64,000 nt of DNA, from positions 1-64,000 of the forward strand of contig MCFE01000186.1 in NCBI GenBank assembly GCA_002104905.1. Direction: 5' to 3'. The position numbers and the translations under genes are program-made. Each line of letters begins with the position of its first letter. The stretch's first letter is position 1. Below the pieces are notes generated by a model that saw nothing but the letters and a program-made list of their open reading frames with translations, searched no databases and was not told the origin of the DNA. This document shows positions 50,495 to 62,756 of this stretch, piece after piece. Source of the DNA: Basidiobolus meristosporus CBS 931.73. Lineage: Eukaryota > Fungi > Basidiobolomycota.

Positions 50495-51737
50495 TGTGGT
50501 AATGGAAAGTATTCCATTACTACAATATCTCTAAACCAATATTGCACTCATTTCTTTATTTTGCTTTTTGCTATCGTAACACACAAGTGAAAGATCAAGA
50601 ATTTCCAACTTTGAAGAACAAATGCTCCAGACCCTGACAAGCAATCCACCCAAGAATATTATGTCATACAGAACACGTAGTAGCCAACACATGTTTCAAA
50701 TTACAGCTCATTTGAAGCAGTACTTGAGGAGTTATGACCAAAAGAGCCTAACTATTATATATACTATGCCTTATTGCTAGGATTACTATAGTGACTTTGA
50801 TCGCGTGTAACTTTCGAACCAGCCAATCAAATCACGTGTAATTTTCACAGGTGCTGCGCCTATGTCCGATCTGCGCCACTGCAAAATTTTAGTTTTGTAT
50901 CACGTGTATTGCTTGAGCAATTGCCCAAAAACTTTGATCCTTCAAGATTTTCATATATATGACTTCCCCAGCTGAAAAATAAAGAGAGAGCCTCTCTTTC
51001 CAGAATCTCCACACTATGATTACAAGTTTAAAGGTTATAAGACTTCCCCTGCATCACTTGCACTGTTGAGTATTCTGACTTTGATTGGTACTACATCAGT
51101 AAAGAGACTGCAAAGCTCACAAGAATCCAATCTAAGTTCTACAAGAAACTACCACTTTTCTGTCGGAAAAGTCCCCTCTAAGAAACCCCTTTACTCTAAA
51201 GACACCCCTTTAGACACCCCTTTAGTCTAAAGACCCCTTTAGAGACCCCTTTAAGAAACCCCTTTACTCTAAAGAAGCCCCTTTAGGCACCCCTTTAGTG
51301 TAGAGTCCACTTTAGAGACCACTACAAGAAGCCCCTTTACTCTAAAGACACCCCTTTAGACACCCCTTTAGGTCTAAAGACCCCTTTAGAGACTTCTACA
51401 ACACACCTCTTTAGGTTAAAGGGAAGTTCAGAATTTTCATATTAGGAAATATTTTCTCAGAAAGGAAAGTGACTTCCAAATAAGGAAAAGTTACTATAAA
51501 AGTAAATAAGCCCATTAGTCAACAGAAGGTCAGAACACTGCTGTAGAAGTGATAAACACTGCCTACAGTATATTTTGAGCCCAAGATTGAGGAAATTAGT
51601 GAAAGTTATATCTTCTATTGGTATATCAAACTCCCAATAAACTATTTCAGTATTAGCATACTGGAAGTTGTTGTATCTTGTTGATTAGCCTCTACATTGT
51701 AGAACAAGCCCCAAACTAATCATAATACAACACAACA
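50495..51737. mobile_element. Solo LTR-like insertion (1243 bp) in the family-A RNase H/integrase junction
   Basis: Begins TGTGGT and ends ACAACA, flanked by a 4-bp TSD GATG (50491-50494 and 51738-51741). Removing it restores ACA AGA TGG AGT GAA = TRWSE, followed by YIQQFDLEIVY...GKTNTAADAVSR. No coding capacity is evident. Confidence 0.88.
51181..51400. repeat. Hierarchical tandem array: three ~73-bp units, each built from CCCCTTTA(G) submotifs
   Basis: Units start at 51181, 51254 and 51327 with AGAA(A/G)CCCCTTTACTCTAAAGA. Each holds up to five CCCCTTTA motifs plus CTAAAG, the reverse complement of CTTTAG. Confidence 0.95.
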
Positions 51738-53371
51738 GATGGAGTGAATACATTCAGCAATTTGACCTGGAGATTGTCTACTGCTTTGGAAAAACCAACA
51801 CGGCTGCTGATGCCGTATCAAGATTAGATCAAGGTGCACAACTCAACTTGGTGCATGAATCAGATTGGCCTAGCCTATTACCAAAGTACTTGGGGGACCA
51901 AGCCATTCCTAATGAGGTGGATGTAGATATCAAGAAGATAATCCGTGATGAAGCCAGCAAACTTGTAGTACAGGATGAAACACTCTACCAAATTGTTGAT
52001 GGAAGCCCTATTGCCTATTGCCCTGATGTTTCTTGCCTGGATTCAATACATAAGCTACACAATGGATATGGACATCTTGGCATTGAAGGAACCTATAGTC
52101 TTGTGAAAGCCAGAGCATGACTTTATTGGAAGACTGCCAACCACCAGGAAATGCAACCATTGGATCCTAGTAGCAATTGACCATGCCACTAAATGGCCAG
52201 TTACTAAAGCTGTACCAATAGCCAGTGAACAAGAAGTTGCAAGTTTCATTTACCATGAGATCCTGATGAAGTTTGGATGCCCTGTAGAGATCTCATCTGA
52301 TAGAGGAGCAAACTTTATGGCAAAGACATTAGAGGCTTACCTGGTAATGCAGCAGATCAGACACTTGAAAACCTTGGGATATCACCCCAGAATTAATGGA
52401 GTCACTGAGTGGTTTAATGGATTATTTGGAAAAATGCTGACCAAGTATGCAAATGGAGTTGTCAGTAGATGCAATGAGTACATAGACCAAGCACTCTTTG
52501 CATGCAGAATCAGAGTACACAACACCACCCAGCAATCACCATTTTACTTAGTGTATGAATGTGAATCAAGGATTCCAGGAGATCTCACATAAGCAAAGCT
52601 TAGAGACACCTTAGAAGATGAACTCAGTCAGCTAGTAGACACCAGCAACTGGAACAAACACATCAAGAGGCACAGACCAAAGTATCTCAAAGTGCAGAAA
52701 AGATGAAGCAGAGATCTGATAAGACTATAGCACCAGAAGCATTGACAGTTGGGAACTTTGTATTGCTAAGAAACAACACTTGGAAGAAGTTTGAGCCACA
52801 ATGGACAGGACCATTCAAGATCATCAAAGAATGTCCATTTGCAACTTACCAACTGGTGGACAAACAAGGCAATATCCGGGAAGACTTAGTGCATAGGGAC
52901 AGACTCAAGCTTGCAAGACTTGCTGATAATACTGAACCATCAAGATATTGGTATCACAAGAAAAGAGATTCAGGAAAACCCTCTCAACTTTAGTAGGGGT
53001 GAATGCTATGATCTGCTGCTTGAATGTTTAAGTTAGATCAGTTTTTAGTCAAATCAATTAGTATATGTTTAGGTTGTCAGAATATCAGTAGTATCTATCA
53101 AATCAGTATCATTTGTCAGCAAATGAATTAGCAGATCCTTATCAGACAGAAATAGATATATTAAGTAGGATCTTATTGGGTGATGATTATAAAATCGAAT
53201 GAGTCATCAGCCACAACCTGCATTAGGAAATACAATTAGTCAGCAATTGATATGGCAAAGTGTATATAAGGAGCTGCTGGAACCTCAATAAAAATCAGTT
53301 CAAGTTTTAGTGAATACAATGCTAGCTAAACTCCCTATTCCTCTACAACTCTTATACCAAGACTTGCAACA

Positions 53372-54143
53372 ATACTTTAACCATCTGTCCAACTTTGTAT
53401 ATATCCATAATACCATTTGAGGTTATCCTGATCTTGTAGACCCATCTAACTCTAAATTGGCTTTCTCCTGTTTAGGAAATCAACTAGTACCCTAATTTTT
53501 GCCTAGAACAATGATTAGCAGTCCTCTTGCATGGCTTGTGTCTACATAGTAGTGTGTGGACTTTGCATTGAATGCTCCAGATTCTGAGGCTTGGCATTTA
53601 AGGCAAGATACACTTCTTCATAGTTATTAGATGCCTGCCTTTGGCATTTCTTATTCTGGTAGATCTCCTAACTTAGATAATCTGTTCTGATCTGCAACTG
53701 GTAGAATTTACCTTTGTATATGGCTGTATTTTGTACATATCACCTTCTTCATTAGTGGTTATGGCATCATCAGGCTAATGCTCAGTGATCTCAGTGGTTG
53801 TCTGGTCTGAATTCTCATCAAATACAGTATCCCTGCTCTTGATTAGCTTCCAACTTTTGCCATCATTCTGTAAAATAGTGGACTATTTGGTATCATATAG
53901 CAACTAAAAGTTTACTTAAAAGTTCTGAACTTGTCTTGGTCACTGTTGGACTATTTCACAGCCTAACTTCACCAGTTTCTTTCAAGTCTATGATCCTATA
54001 ATTTTCCGCTATAGTCAAGATAAAATAAGCAATTTTCTCAAACATTATGTTCTAACCCTAAAGCTGTTTAGTGCTGAGAAAACTACCTTACTTGATAGTA
54101 TAGTTGTATTACTCCTACAAAGGAATAGATACTGAGCTTCTCT
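53372..54143 (-). pseudogene. Degenerate fragment of a second, divergent Ty1/Copia family (integrase C-terminus to RT start)
   Basis: Minus strand: LLYDTK...KLIKSRDTVFDE, then a KPQNLEHSMQSP shadow of EP.T..EA..SP, then a LVDFL..RKPI...RWVYKI shadow. Confidence 0.7.
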
Positions 54144-54635
54144 TGTTATGATCTACTGCTTGAACGTTAAAATTTTATCAGTTTTGTGTCAAATCAAATA
54201 GTTGTATGTTTAGTCTATCTGTATATAAGTGTTAGCTACCAAATCAGCAGCATCAGCCAGCACATGATCAGTAGATCCTTGTCAGACAGAAATAAATACA
54301 ACAAGTAGGAACATATTATTTGATGATGATGATGCAATTAAACAGGTCATTAGCCACAACCTACATTAGGAAATACAGTTAGTTGGCCATTGATCTTGCA
54401 AAATATATATAGAGGGCTGCTTGAACCTCAATAAAAATCAGATCAAGTTTTGGTGAATACAATACTAGCTAAACTCCCTATTCCTCTACAACTCTTATAC
54501 CATGACTTGCAACATTGGTAGCAGCCATAAACTGAAACCTCCCTCCTGAAGAAAGAAGAAGCCTCCCCCAAGATTTCAGAATATCAAGAATGGAAGAATG
54601 CTATGCAGAAAATCCAGGCCCAACAGCAACAGTTA
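54144..54635 (+). mobile_element. Ty3 family-A 5' LTR (54144-54514) with PBS and ~120 bp of leader/gag, truncated
   Basis: Homologous to 47325-47815; similarity ends abruptly after CAACAGCAACAGTTA at ~54635. Confidence 0.92.
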
Positions 54636-54949
54636 TTGTACTTGGTGAGTGGGAGAGCCTGTGGGTCAAGTCAGTATCACTTGGTTCAGAATAGCCTTCA
54701 ATAGAAGGTAGCAAGGTAATGAATTCTTGCGTTTATTCTGTCAAGATCTTGTTCTCTCACTTTGTTCAATTGGATATATGTACATCATTTGGAGGGGCTT
54801 AAATTATAGACAACATTTTATAAAATAGGGGTGCAAACACCTTCCTGTTATAGTAAGTGCTCTAACTAGATAAGGGCAGGAATAGGAGGGAGGATACATG
54901 GCGGAATCATAGGGAGGAGACTGGGAGGCTTCAGGTAGGACTCTGGAAT

Positions 54950-55435
54950 GAACTCTTGGGCAAAGAGTGGGCGCTACATTTGGTGCTCACACATGCAACT
55001 CATGGTATTTATGTCATCAACAGACCAACATCAACTGGACTAATTCTGAATGCTGAACAGTGCAGTTTTGCTTGCCCCAAAAGCAATATACATGAATTCA
55101 TAGTCTCACTGGATTGCCACCAACTTGACCCTTTCAAACTGGTTATTATTCATAAATGGCCAAAATCCATTAGAGCTACGCAACTCCAACATTCTCTTGG
55201 AGTATTTAACTATTTCAGGTAACACATTGCTCTCATGTCATCTTCAAGTGCTTGTTTGGATGCATTGCACCATAGTCCTGATATTGCCTCAGTCTGGAAC
55301 AAGGCACATGGCCAAACATTTGAGCTACTCTACTAATTGCTTCCACAGGCACCCACCTTATCTTACCCATACTTTACCAGCCCTTTTTTGCTGCTACAGA
55401 TGCATCAATGTTGGATCAGAGGCCACCCTGTAACA
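54950..55435 (+). pseudogene. Degenerate Ty3/Gypsy RT-RNase H fragment (another lineage)
   Basis: GLILNAEQCSF...LDPFKLVIIHKWP...LQHSLGVFNYFR and QPFFAATDAS motifs. Confidence 0.8.
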
Positions 55436-55639
55436 GGATGAAAATCTGAGGTTTACTCTTTTCCTTGGACTTATACACCACCACATATTTGGTACCCAAT
55501 GAGGAGGGTTCATACAAGCTCCCTAGGACCCAATAACATTTACTAGAAGACTGGAGCCATTACCCACTTATTAAGAAGAGACCACCAATATTATCAAGAT
55601 TACAAAACCAACATGCCTACCCAAAAAGAACTAAATGCC

Positions 55640-58600
55640 ATTACCACTCCCACATGGAGCCCCATAGTTTGATGAGAAGAATGGGGAAAGCTTCACATTC
55701 AAATGGGAGAAGCTTTGCAAGATGTACAGCCTCTCAGAACAAGAAATGGCTGAATACTTCCCCTACTACCGCACTAATGGTATTACCACTAAACCTCTCA
55801 GATAAGGAGATATTCCCACTATCTGGGCTATAATTAAGACCTACCTACAGGCCAAGCATGGTAGACCCCAATTATACCATGGAATTGAAGATATAAGACA
55901 CTTTAGAAGGACTGGACTCTATAAGCCACCACTTGAAGAGGTCATTCCACAGTATGAAGACATGGCCAACCAATCCTAGAGTCCAAATCTATAATTGAGC
56001 TCACCATGATGCTTTACCTTGCAAGTGAGCTTCTTCAGGACTTGGCAAAGATATTTGTCCTACATTCAACCAAGGATGACAAGTCTGGCATTCCATGCTT
56101 AGCAGGGATGAAATGTGTACTCCTATATGCCAAACTGACCTCTACCTTTATGAGACTTTTGAAGTCTAATCTGCTGGACCAGGTGACCAAGGAGCCAAGG
56201 AGTGCTGCTGCTGACAATCAACCCTATACTAACAACAGAAGTGGCCAACTGCTGAACAGCTGCAAAAGCTAGCCCTCAAGATTAACGGCTCAGCCAAAGT
56301 AACTACAAGAGCTAAAGACTGTTGCCCAGACACTGCATCTGTTATGATTCTACTCAGCATGCCAGAAAAGAATTCTCAGAGCTTAGCCCACTATGTAGCA
56401 AAAGGTCTGCATAGTTTGATGCTGATAGAATACCTGATTACATGGACAGAAGAAGGATCCTCACCAATCTCTGAAGAGGAGTGAGGAGGGCTCTTTTTGA
56501 GAAGTCCTACACAGCAACCAGAAAATTACAGCCAATGCCCCTGTTGGGACTCATACAGTGAATCTAAGTAGTCTTGACAGCAGACAAAATGAAAGACTCC
56601 ATCCTGAGGTACCAGTCAAACAAATCCTCAGAAGACCACAATTTATAGAGCCTGAAGTTGTCATTGACAAGAGGCCTAGTATGCTGCTCACCCAAGATCT
56701 ATTACCTCACTTTCAGATGACCTTAAAGATAGCAAGCTGCACAAGCCCTCAACTGAATACTAGGTGTTGTATCCAAGAGAAAAGTGTAATAAGATCTTTA
56801 ATAAGTTAACTCAACCTTGGTGATAAATAAGCTCAGAAATTTAGAATTTTCAAGATTAACAGAAATATTAGCAGAGAAATTCTGGTCTGATATTGGTCTT
56901 GTATATAGCTGAGCTGAGCTATAAAGGTAACAGAGTTGGTTTACTATGCAGGCCAGGCTTGGTGTTCTTAGGTGTGCTAGATATGCTAGGCTATGGTAGA
57001 AACTAGAATGGAATAGTTGAAGTCTTAATTTTGCTCTGGCATAATCTTAATTTTGTTGAGACACACACTAAACAAACAGGTTCAGTAAGCTTTATTTGTA
57101 TTTTTCTAATCAACTTGAATAAGTAAGCACCAAGAGACTGGGCTTATTGACATCTGTTAGGGTGTTCATAGGTGCATAAGATAAATGAGAAGTTGCATCA
57201 GTAATCAGCTTATTTCTTAGCAACTAACAAGTTGTTGAATAGATCTCATGTAACTGATTACTTGGAAAGGCTTAGTTGAGCAGTTGAGGACACAATGACC
57301 ACATGGAAATTGACCAGGTGTTACAGCACAAAATAGACTCTGAGAAGTGATAAAATAAACCATAACGGGGTTTAGCTATGTTTTGGTTAGGGGAAATTAG
57401 TTAGGGAACTAGATTTTCTAACCAAGTAACAAAGGGTAAGATTTAAATGGTGATGCACAACACTAAGAAGCTGTTGAAACCAAATCTCACTTTGTGGGTT
57501 GGAGAGATCATGAGTGTATCCCCATTTATTATGACCTTTGATGAGCAGCTTAGAACAAGACAACAAGCTGCTGAACATATAGATGTTCATATAATTCAGA
57601 CAAGCCATGAAGACTACCAAAAGGATGACAACAGTAATGGATATACGATCTTTTACTCAGTCGCAATTGCTGTGGTGAAAGGATACATATATGATGACCT
57701 GATTGACTGCCATATTGACAGTGGTTCAGAGATTTGCATATTGCTGCTAAACTTCTGCACAACACTCAGAAGCATGGAGTAACTGCCTGTTGATAGAGAT
57801 AAGGAATAGAACATGACTGATGCAAGCGCAGGATCTAGTCCACTCTATAGTATAGTGAACAGGTTCCCTATTAAGGTACAAGGAATCAAGGTTGGGCTTT
57901 CCCTCCTCATCTGACAGAAGGCAAATGTAGAGCTTCTGCTAGGTACACAATGGGGAACTAGTACTAAGGCTACAACCACCAACTATTCCATTGGGTCAGT
58001 GTGGTACCTTATGCAAGAATCAAACCCAGGGCTACAGTCAATCATCTGTGGTGTAACACCCAACAATAAGATGAAGCAATCTGCTTGCCAGAAGATGTAT
58101 CTTGCTATAGACAGAGATGAGAAGCCTGACAGTATACATTGCAATACCTGGAGCTGCTCATTAGGTATACAGGAGCAGACAGTCATAGTTTGAACAAAAT
58201 GAAAGACAGTTGGATAGAAGATTAGATCATCATCTACACATTGGACTGATGGATCTTGACCTGCAGATTACTTCAGACCACCATAGGAAACAACAGAAGA
58301 TATATGACTTACACCTGAGAGACTTAGGCAACTTATCATTGGTGATGACAACCTAATACCAGAGGAGATCATGTAATTTGAAGAAACCTGGAAAAAGTAC
58401 AATAAGGCTTTCTCATATAATGACAAGATGGGGCTCTATAAGACATTGGTTGAAAAACTCATTAAGATTCTTACAGTGTCACTCACACCCTGGACATTGC
58501 AGCCTTACCCACTGCCCAGAGAACTCCAAGCGGATGTGCATGAATTACTTAAGAAAAATCTTGATGCTGGTATCTTAGAGCCTTGCTATAGACTTTACAC

Positions 58601-60815
58601 TAAACAATGGTTTGTAATTAAAAAGAAGTATGGAATTGGCCAGTTCATTCAATACATGGAGCCTGCAAATGCTGTCACTATCAGAGATGCTGCAATACCT
58701 CCATCTGTTGATGAATTTGCAGAGTGCATCAGTGGCCACTCCATCTACTCAGCATATGATCTCTACTCAGTATATGACCAGATCCCCCAAGATCAGATAT
58801 CAAGAGAGATATTTGCACACCTGACACCATTTGGACTGTTAAGGATGACAACACTCAGTCAAGGGGCTACAAGCTCCATGGCTCAGTCCCAGAGATGCAT
58901 GGTGAATGGTCTGTACCAGTCTATTCCTGAGAAACTTGCTGACTTTGTGGATGACATAGGTGTCAAAGGACTAAAATTCTGAGACACCTCTGTGATTATG
59001 CCTGGAGTAAGAAAGTCTGTCTATGACCACATTCCAGACAATAATGCAATATTAGGAGGCATTGAAGAAGCTAGACTTGCTATCCATAGTGAGAATGTTG
59101 GAATTTCAGAAGTGATTTGGATATACAGACCTTATCAAGAAATAGTGATAATAGTTGAACTGTTGTTTATTCATAAAGAGTATCAGTATTCAGACATATC
59201 CCTGCCAAGTCAAATGTTATGGCTGATGCACTCTCCAGGAAGGGACCACAATTACTTGAAGAATTGGAGCCTCACTTCACTGATATGATTGATGCAGCAA
59301 TCTGACAGATTGCCATCAGCAGCCAAGGGAGAACTACCTGGAGCCTGACCAAAAAATACTTAAGGACACTCAAGAAACCTTGTTGGATGGAGACTCATGA
59401 TCTCAGAAAGCTTAGAAAGCAGGTTCACCACCACTATCTCAAGGATGACTTTTGCATTAAGCAAGTGAAGCCTGGACTTACATCAAGAAGGTAGCCCTAC
59501 TCCATAAGAGCAACTGAACATTATGACAAGTATCTACCAAGGAGACCCAAAAGAATATAGAGGATAAGAAGCCACCTACAATGCCACAGCTCAGGGGTAC
59601 TCCTTGGAACACATATACTGTGATATTAACTCTTTGTTGAGTTATGTGTAGCCTGCCAGAAGTGATCCTCTAAGCATTATGAAGGTATATTGCACACTAC
59701 TTACACAATCTCTCTATGGCAAGAGGTTGGTGTTTACCTTGTCAACAGCCCACAGCTGGATTAGAGCAGTACCTGAATACTGTTAGAGATGACCTGAGGT
59801 GATGGTCAGAAGCTCAAGCCTTGCCCAACTAGAGCCTATTATATCAAGATTTTTACTTGAAGACATTATCTGCATATTTGGCTGCATCCAACAGTTTGTT
59901 GTTGATAGAGGAAAGATGACATCCCAAATAAATCAGGAGTTGTGCTTAAAGCATAAGATATACATTGCTCTTACTGCAGCATACCATCCTAAACCCAATG
60001 GAATGGTAGAGAGAGGGCATGGACAAATTATGAACTCTCTGGTCCAGACCAGGGAGAATAGTGCAGCACTGTGGCCACAGCAACTGCATCCTGCACTTTG
60101 GGCAGATAGAGTTACTACTAAGGGAACAACTGGATTGTTGCCATTTAGTCTACTCTATGGACATGATTTCATACTACCAGCTGAGTTAGAAACAGCTACT
60201 TGGAACTCATTGGATTGGAGATCTAATATGCTGACTGAAGACCTCCTAGCCACTTGAATACAACAACTCAATTCCCATGACCAATATTTCAACACAGCTG
60301 CTGAATAACTTAGGGTTACATGGCAGGGACAACAAGTACCCTTTCACAAGTCACACTCAACAACACCAAAGTCATTTTCACTAGGTGACTCAGGATTACT
60401 CTATGACTCCACCTTGGACTAACAATGAAGTTGGAAGTTTGACAACATGTGGCCTGGCCCCTACCAGACTTCCAAAGTGATCAGAAATGGAAGTTATTTC
60501 ATATCTGAGCTTGACAACACCCAGCTGAGAGCACCAGCTGCTGGTAAGCAACTTCAGTTACTCAAGCATAGGAATTTTGCACAACTAGATTAGTTTGCTT
60601 TGCCCAAGCTCAAAGCTGAGAGGGGGTGGATGTAGCAAGGTCATAGTGACACCCAATGATGGATGTGCTCATTCCCATATTTTCTACTTCCATATTTCTC
60701 TACTTCCCATATTTTAGTTTTATCCTATCTATCTTACTTTATCAGTACTATCCAATACTCTGGCTGACTATCTTGCCTTCTCACCTTATTGGACAGGTTA
60801 TCCCTCACTTGATGT
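55640..60815 (+). mobile_element. Degenerate Ty3/Gypsy element of a distinct lineage (FVDD-type RT) with partial 3' LTR
   Basis: Gag shadow at ~55660-56800; protease CHIDSGSEIC and LLLGTQW at ~57700-57960; RT QWFVIKKK...DLYSVYDQI...TPFGLLRMTTLSQG...FVDDIGVKG; integrase FGCIQQFVVDRG...AAYHPKPNGMVERGH...WADRVT; WPGPY. Purine tract GAGAGGGGGTGGA precedes TGTAGCAAGG at 60631. Confidence 0.88.
56765..57431 (+). repeat. AT-rich LTR-like repeat family F, inserted between gag and protease
   Basis: Starts TGTTGTATCCAAGAGAAAAGTGTAATA and is colinear with 62216-62755. The right boundary is approximate and no clean TSD was seen. Confidence 0.75.
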
Positions 60816-60819
60816 AAAA

Positions 60820-61365
60820 TTGCTTGATGTACATGCTTCTATATTAGGCAGGTATGTGCACCAGCACCCATTTTCTTTGATGTTTGGAAGAGAATTCAAT
60901 CACTTTGGTGACTACCAGAGTACAGAGTTGGCAAAGTTGAGTACAGAAAATCTAAAGAACTGGTTTGAGTATCTTACCAACATTGTCTACCATGACATCA
61001 GTGCCAGAAGTAAAGCCTCACAGCAAAAAATGACTTCAACATATGCCTCAAGCCACAGGAACAGCAGCTTCCCAGCTGGGTCATATGTCATGACACTAGA
61101 TCCAGTTCAACAGTCTAAACTTGACCCAAAATATGAAGGCCCATTCAAAGTTGTCAAATATATCACTTGAGGATTGTGTGTAACTCACAAAAATACTGGA
61201 GCACTACTACCCAAGAACATTCTACCTTGTTTACTCAAACCTATATCTCAATACCCAGTTACTTCTGAATCCCATGAAGTTGAAGCTATTGTTGACCATG
61301 ATGAAGAATGATCAAATTGCCATTGTTTAGTCAAGTGGGATGGTTTTGACGCCAAACATAATAGA
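60820..61365 (+). pseudogene. Chromovirus-type integrase C-terminal fragment with chromodomain
   Basis: PFSLMFGR...SFPAGSYVM...KLDPKYEGPFKVV (GPY/F motif) is followed at ~61270-61365 by HEVEAIVDHDEE*SNCHCLVKWDGFDAKHN (chromodomain). Confidence 0.85.
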
Positions 61366-61899
61366 CTTGTTTAGTTGGATGGTGCCACATTGAGCCATGA
61401 GTGCAAAATGTTGCCATAGTGTGCTAGGGAGGCTAAGTGATCCTTTACCTGGTCACAGAGTGTGAAACATACATCTGCATTGTCATGCAAAGCAGCCCCT
61501 GTATTACACCAATTGTGTTGGAGAAAATCCATTTTTTGACCTTTTATTTAGGTCAATGTAGTGCAGGATGTATAAGAGCACAAAAGGATTGAAAATATGC
61601 ATGTGGTACTCAATACCAATGGCACTCTGAATCTAGCTCCTGTGGCTTGTAACATGTCACAACAATGCATGGCACTATCTTGGTCCACTGGTACTATCTG
61701 GCACTATAAGTGCTTTGTATAGGTCTTACTTTAGGGCTAATAATTAAATATAGTGAACAAGTCTAATACGTGGGAACCTTACACTAAGTTTGATGATGTT
61801 ACCATCATTGATCAGTATTGGAGCTGCAGGGGAATCCAGAAGGTATGAAAAAACTGCTCTCCCAGGAGGAAGTAATGTTGTACAGCAACATTTGAAACT

Positions 61900-62755
61900 T
61901 AACCTATTTTTTTCCATTAGAAAATGTAATACCCTTGCTGATTTTCCCTGACCTGAGCATCTCCAGTCACAGTTATGATTTATTTTACAAGTTCTCAAAA
62001 TCTTTATTTAGTTTTCACACCTGAGCATTTTTCATGTTGTTGCTATGTCCTTGACTGATCTGCTAAGCCTTTCCAAGTGATTATCCATCTTAGCTCTATG
62101 CAACCACTTAGCAATTGGCTAGACATCAGCTGATTAATGATGCAATTTCTTACTTATCTTATGCACCTATCAGCATCCCTACAGATGTTAATTAGTTCAG
62201 TCTCTTGGTGCCTACTGTTACATTCAAGAGAAAAGTGTAATAAAACTTTTGAATGAGTTAACTGAACGTAAGTGACAACTAAGTGCTGAGTCTTAGAATT
62301 GTCAAGGGTGACAGAAGTATTAGCAGAGAATTTCTGGTCTAATTTTGGTTTTGTATATAGTTGGGTTGGGCTATAATGACAACAGAGTTGATTTGCTATA
62401 CAGGCAAGGCTTGGTGCTCTTGGGAATGCTAGATATGCTAAGCTTGGATGGAAGCTAGAACGGATTTGTTGAATACTTAATTTTGCTAAGGCACAATCTT
62501 AATTTCACTGAAACATACACTAAACCAAATGGTTCAGTAATCTTTATTTATACTTTTCTGATAAAGTTAAATTAGTAAGTGCCAAGAGACTGGACTAATT
62601 GAAATCTGTTGAGGTGTTGATAGCTGCATAAGATAAATGAAAAATTGCATCATTAACCAGCTGATGTTTTGGCAACTACTAAGTGGTTGGATAGATCTCA
62701 GATGACCAACCCTTTGAAAATGCTTAGCAGATTGGTTGGGAACATGATGACATCA
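61900..62755. repeat. Two family-F LTR-like copies in opposite orientation (minus ~61900-62215; plus 62216-62755)
   Basis: The reverse complement of 62100-62215 matches 62576-62690 (GCCAAGAGACTG-n-ACTAATT...AAATTGCATCATTAA-n-CAGCTGATGT...CTAAGTGGTTG). Confidence 0.8.
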
Positions 62756-62756
62756 T

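Larger units (their letters stand above)
47325..53371 (+). mobile_element. Ty3/Gypsy LTR retrotransposon family A, near full-length, inactivated, interrupted by a solo LTR
   Basis: LTRs 47325-47693 and 53004-53371, PBS TGGTAGCAG at 47695, PPT TAGTAGGGGTGAA. Domains: gag (WLFQIEEAF, AALQWY; CCHC CFNCHQQGHIAKYC), protease (IMIDSGA), RT (YLDD), RNase H (TDASD, YPVHEKEMLA, TDH) and integrase (HLG, ISSDRGANF, YHPRING, WTGPF). Gag and pol share one frame. No matching TSD (TTGAT vs ATACT). Confidence 0.96.

Noticed and set aside
51181-51400. Array considered as a CRISPR or as interstitial telomere
   Set aside because: There are no unique spacers and the context is eukaryotic. CCCCTTTA/TAAAGGGG is not the CCCTAA/TTAGGG type and is interleaved with other motifs inside an LTR.
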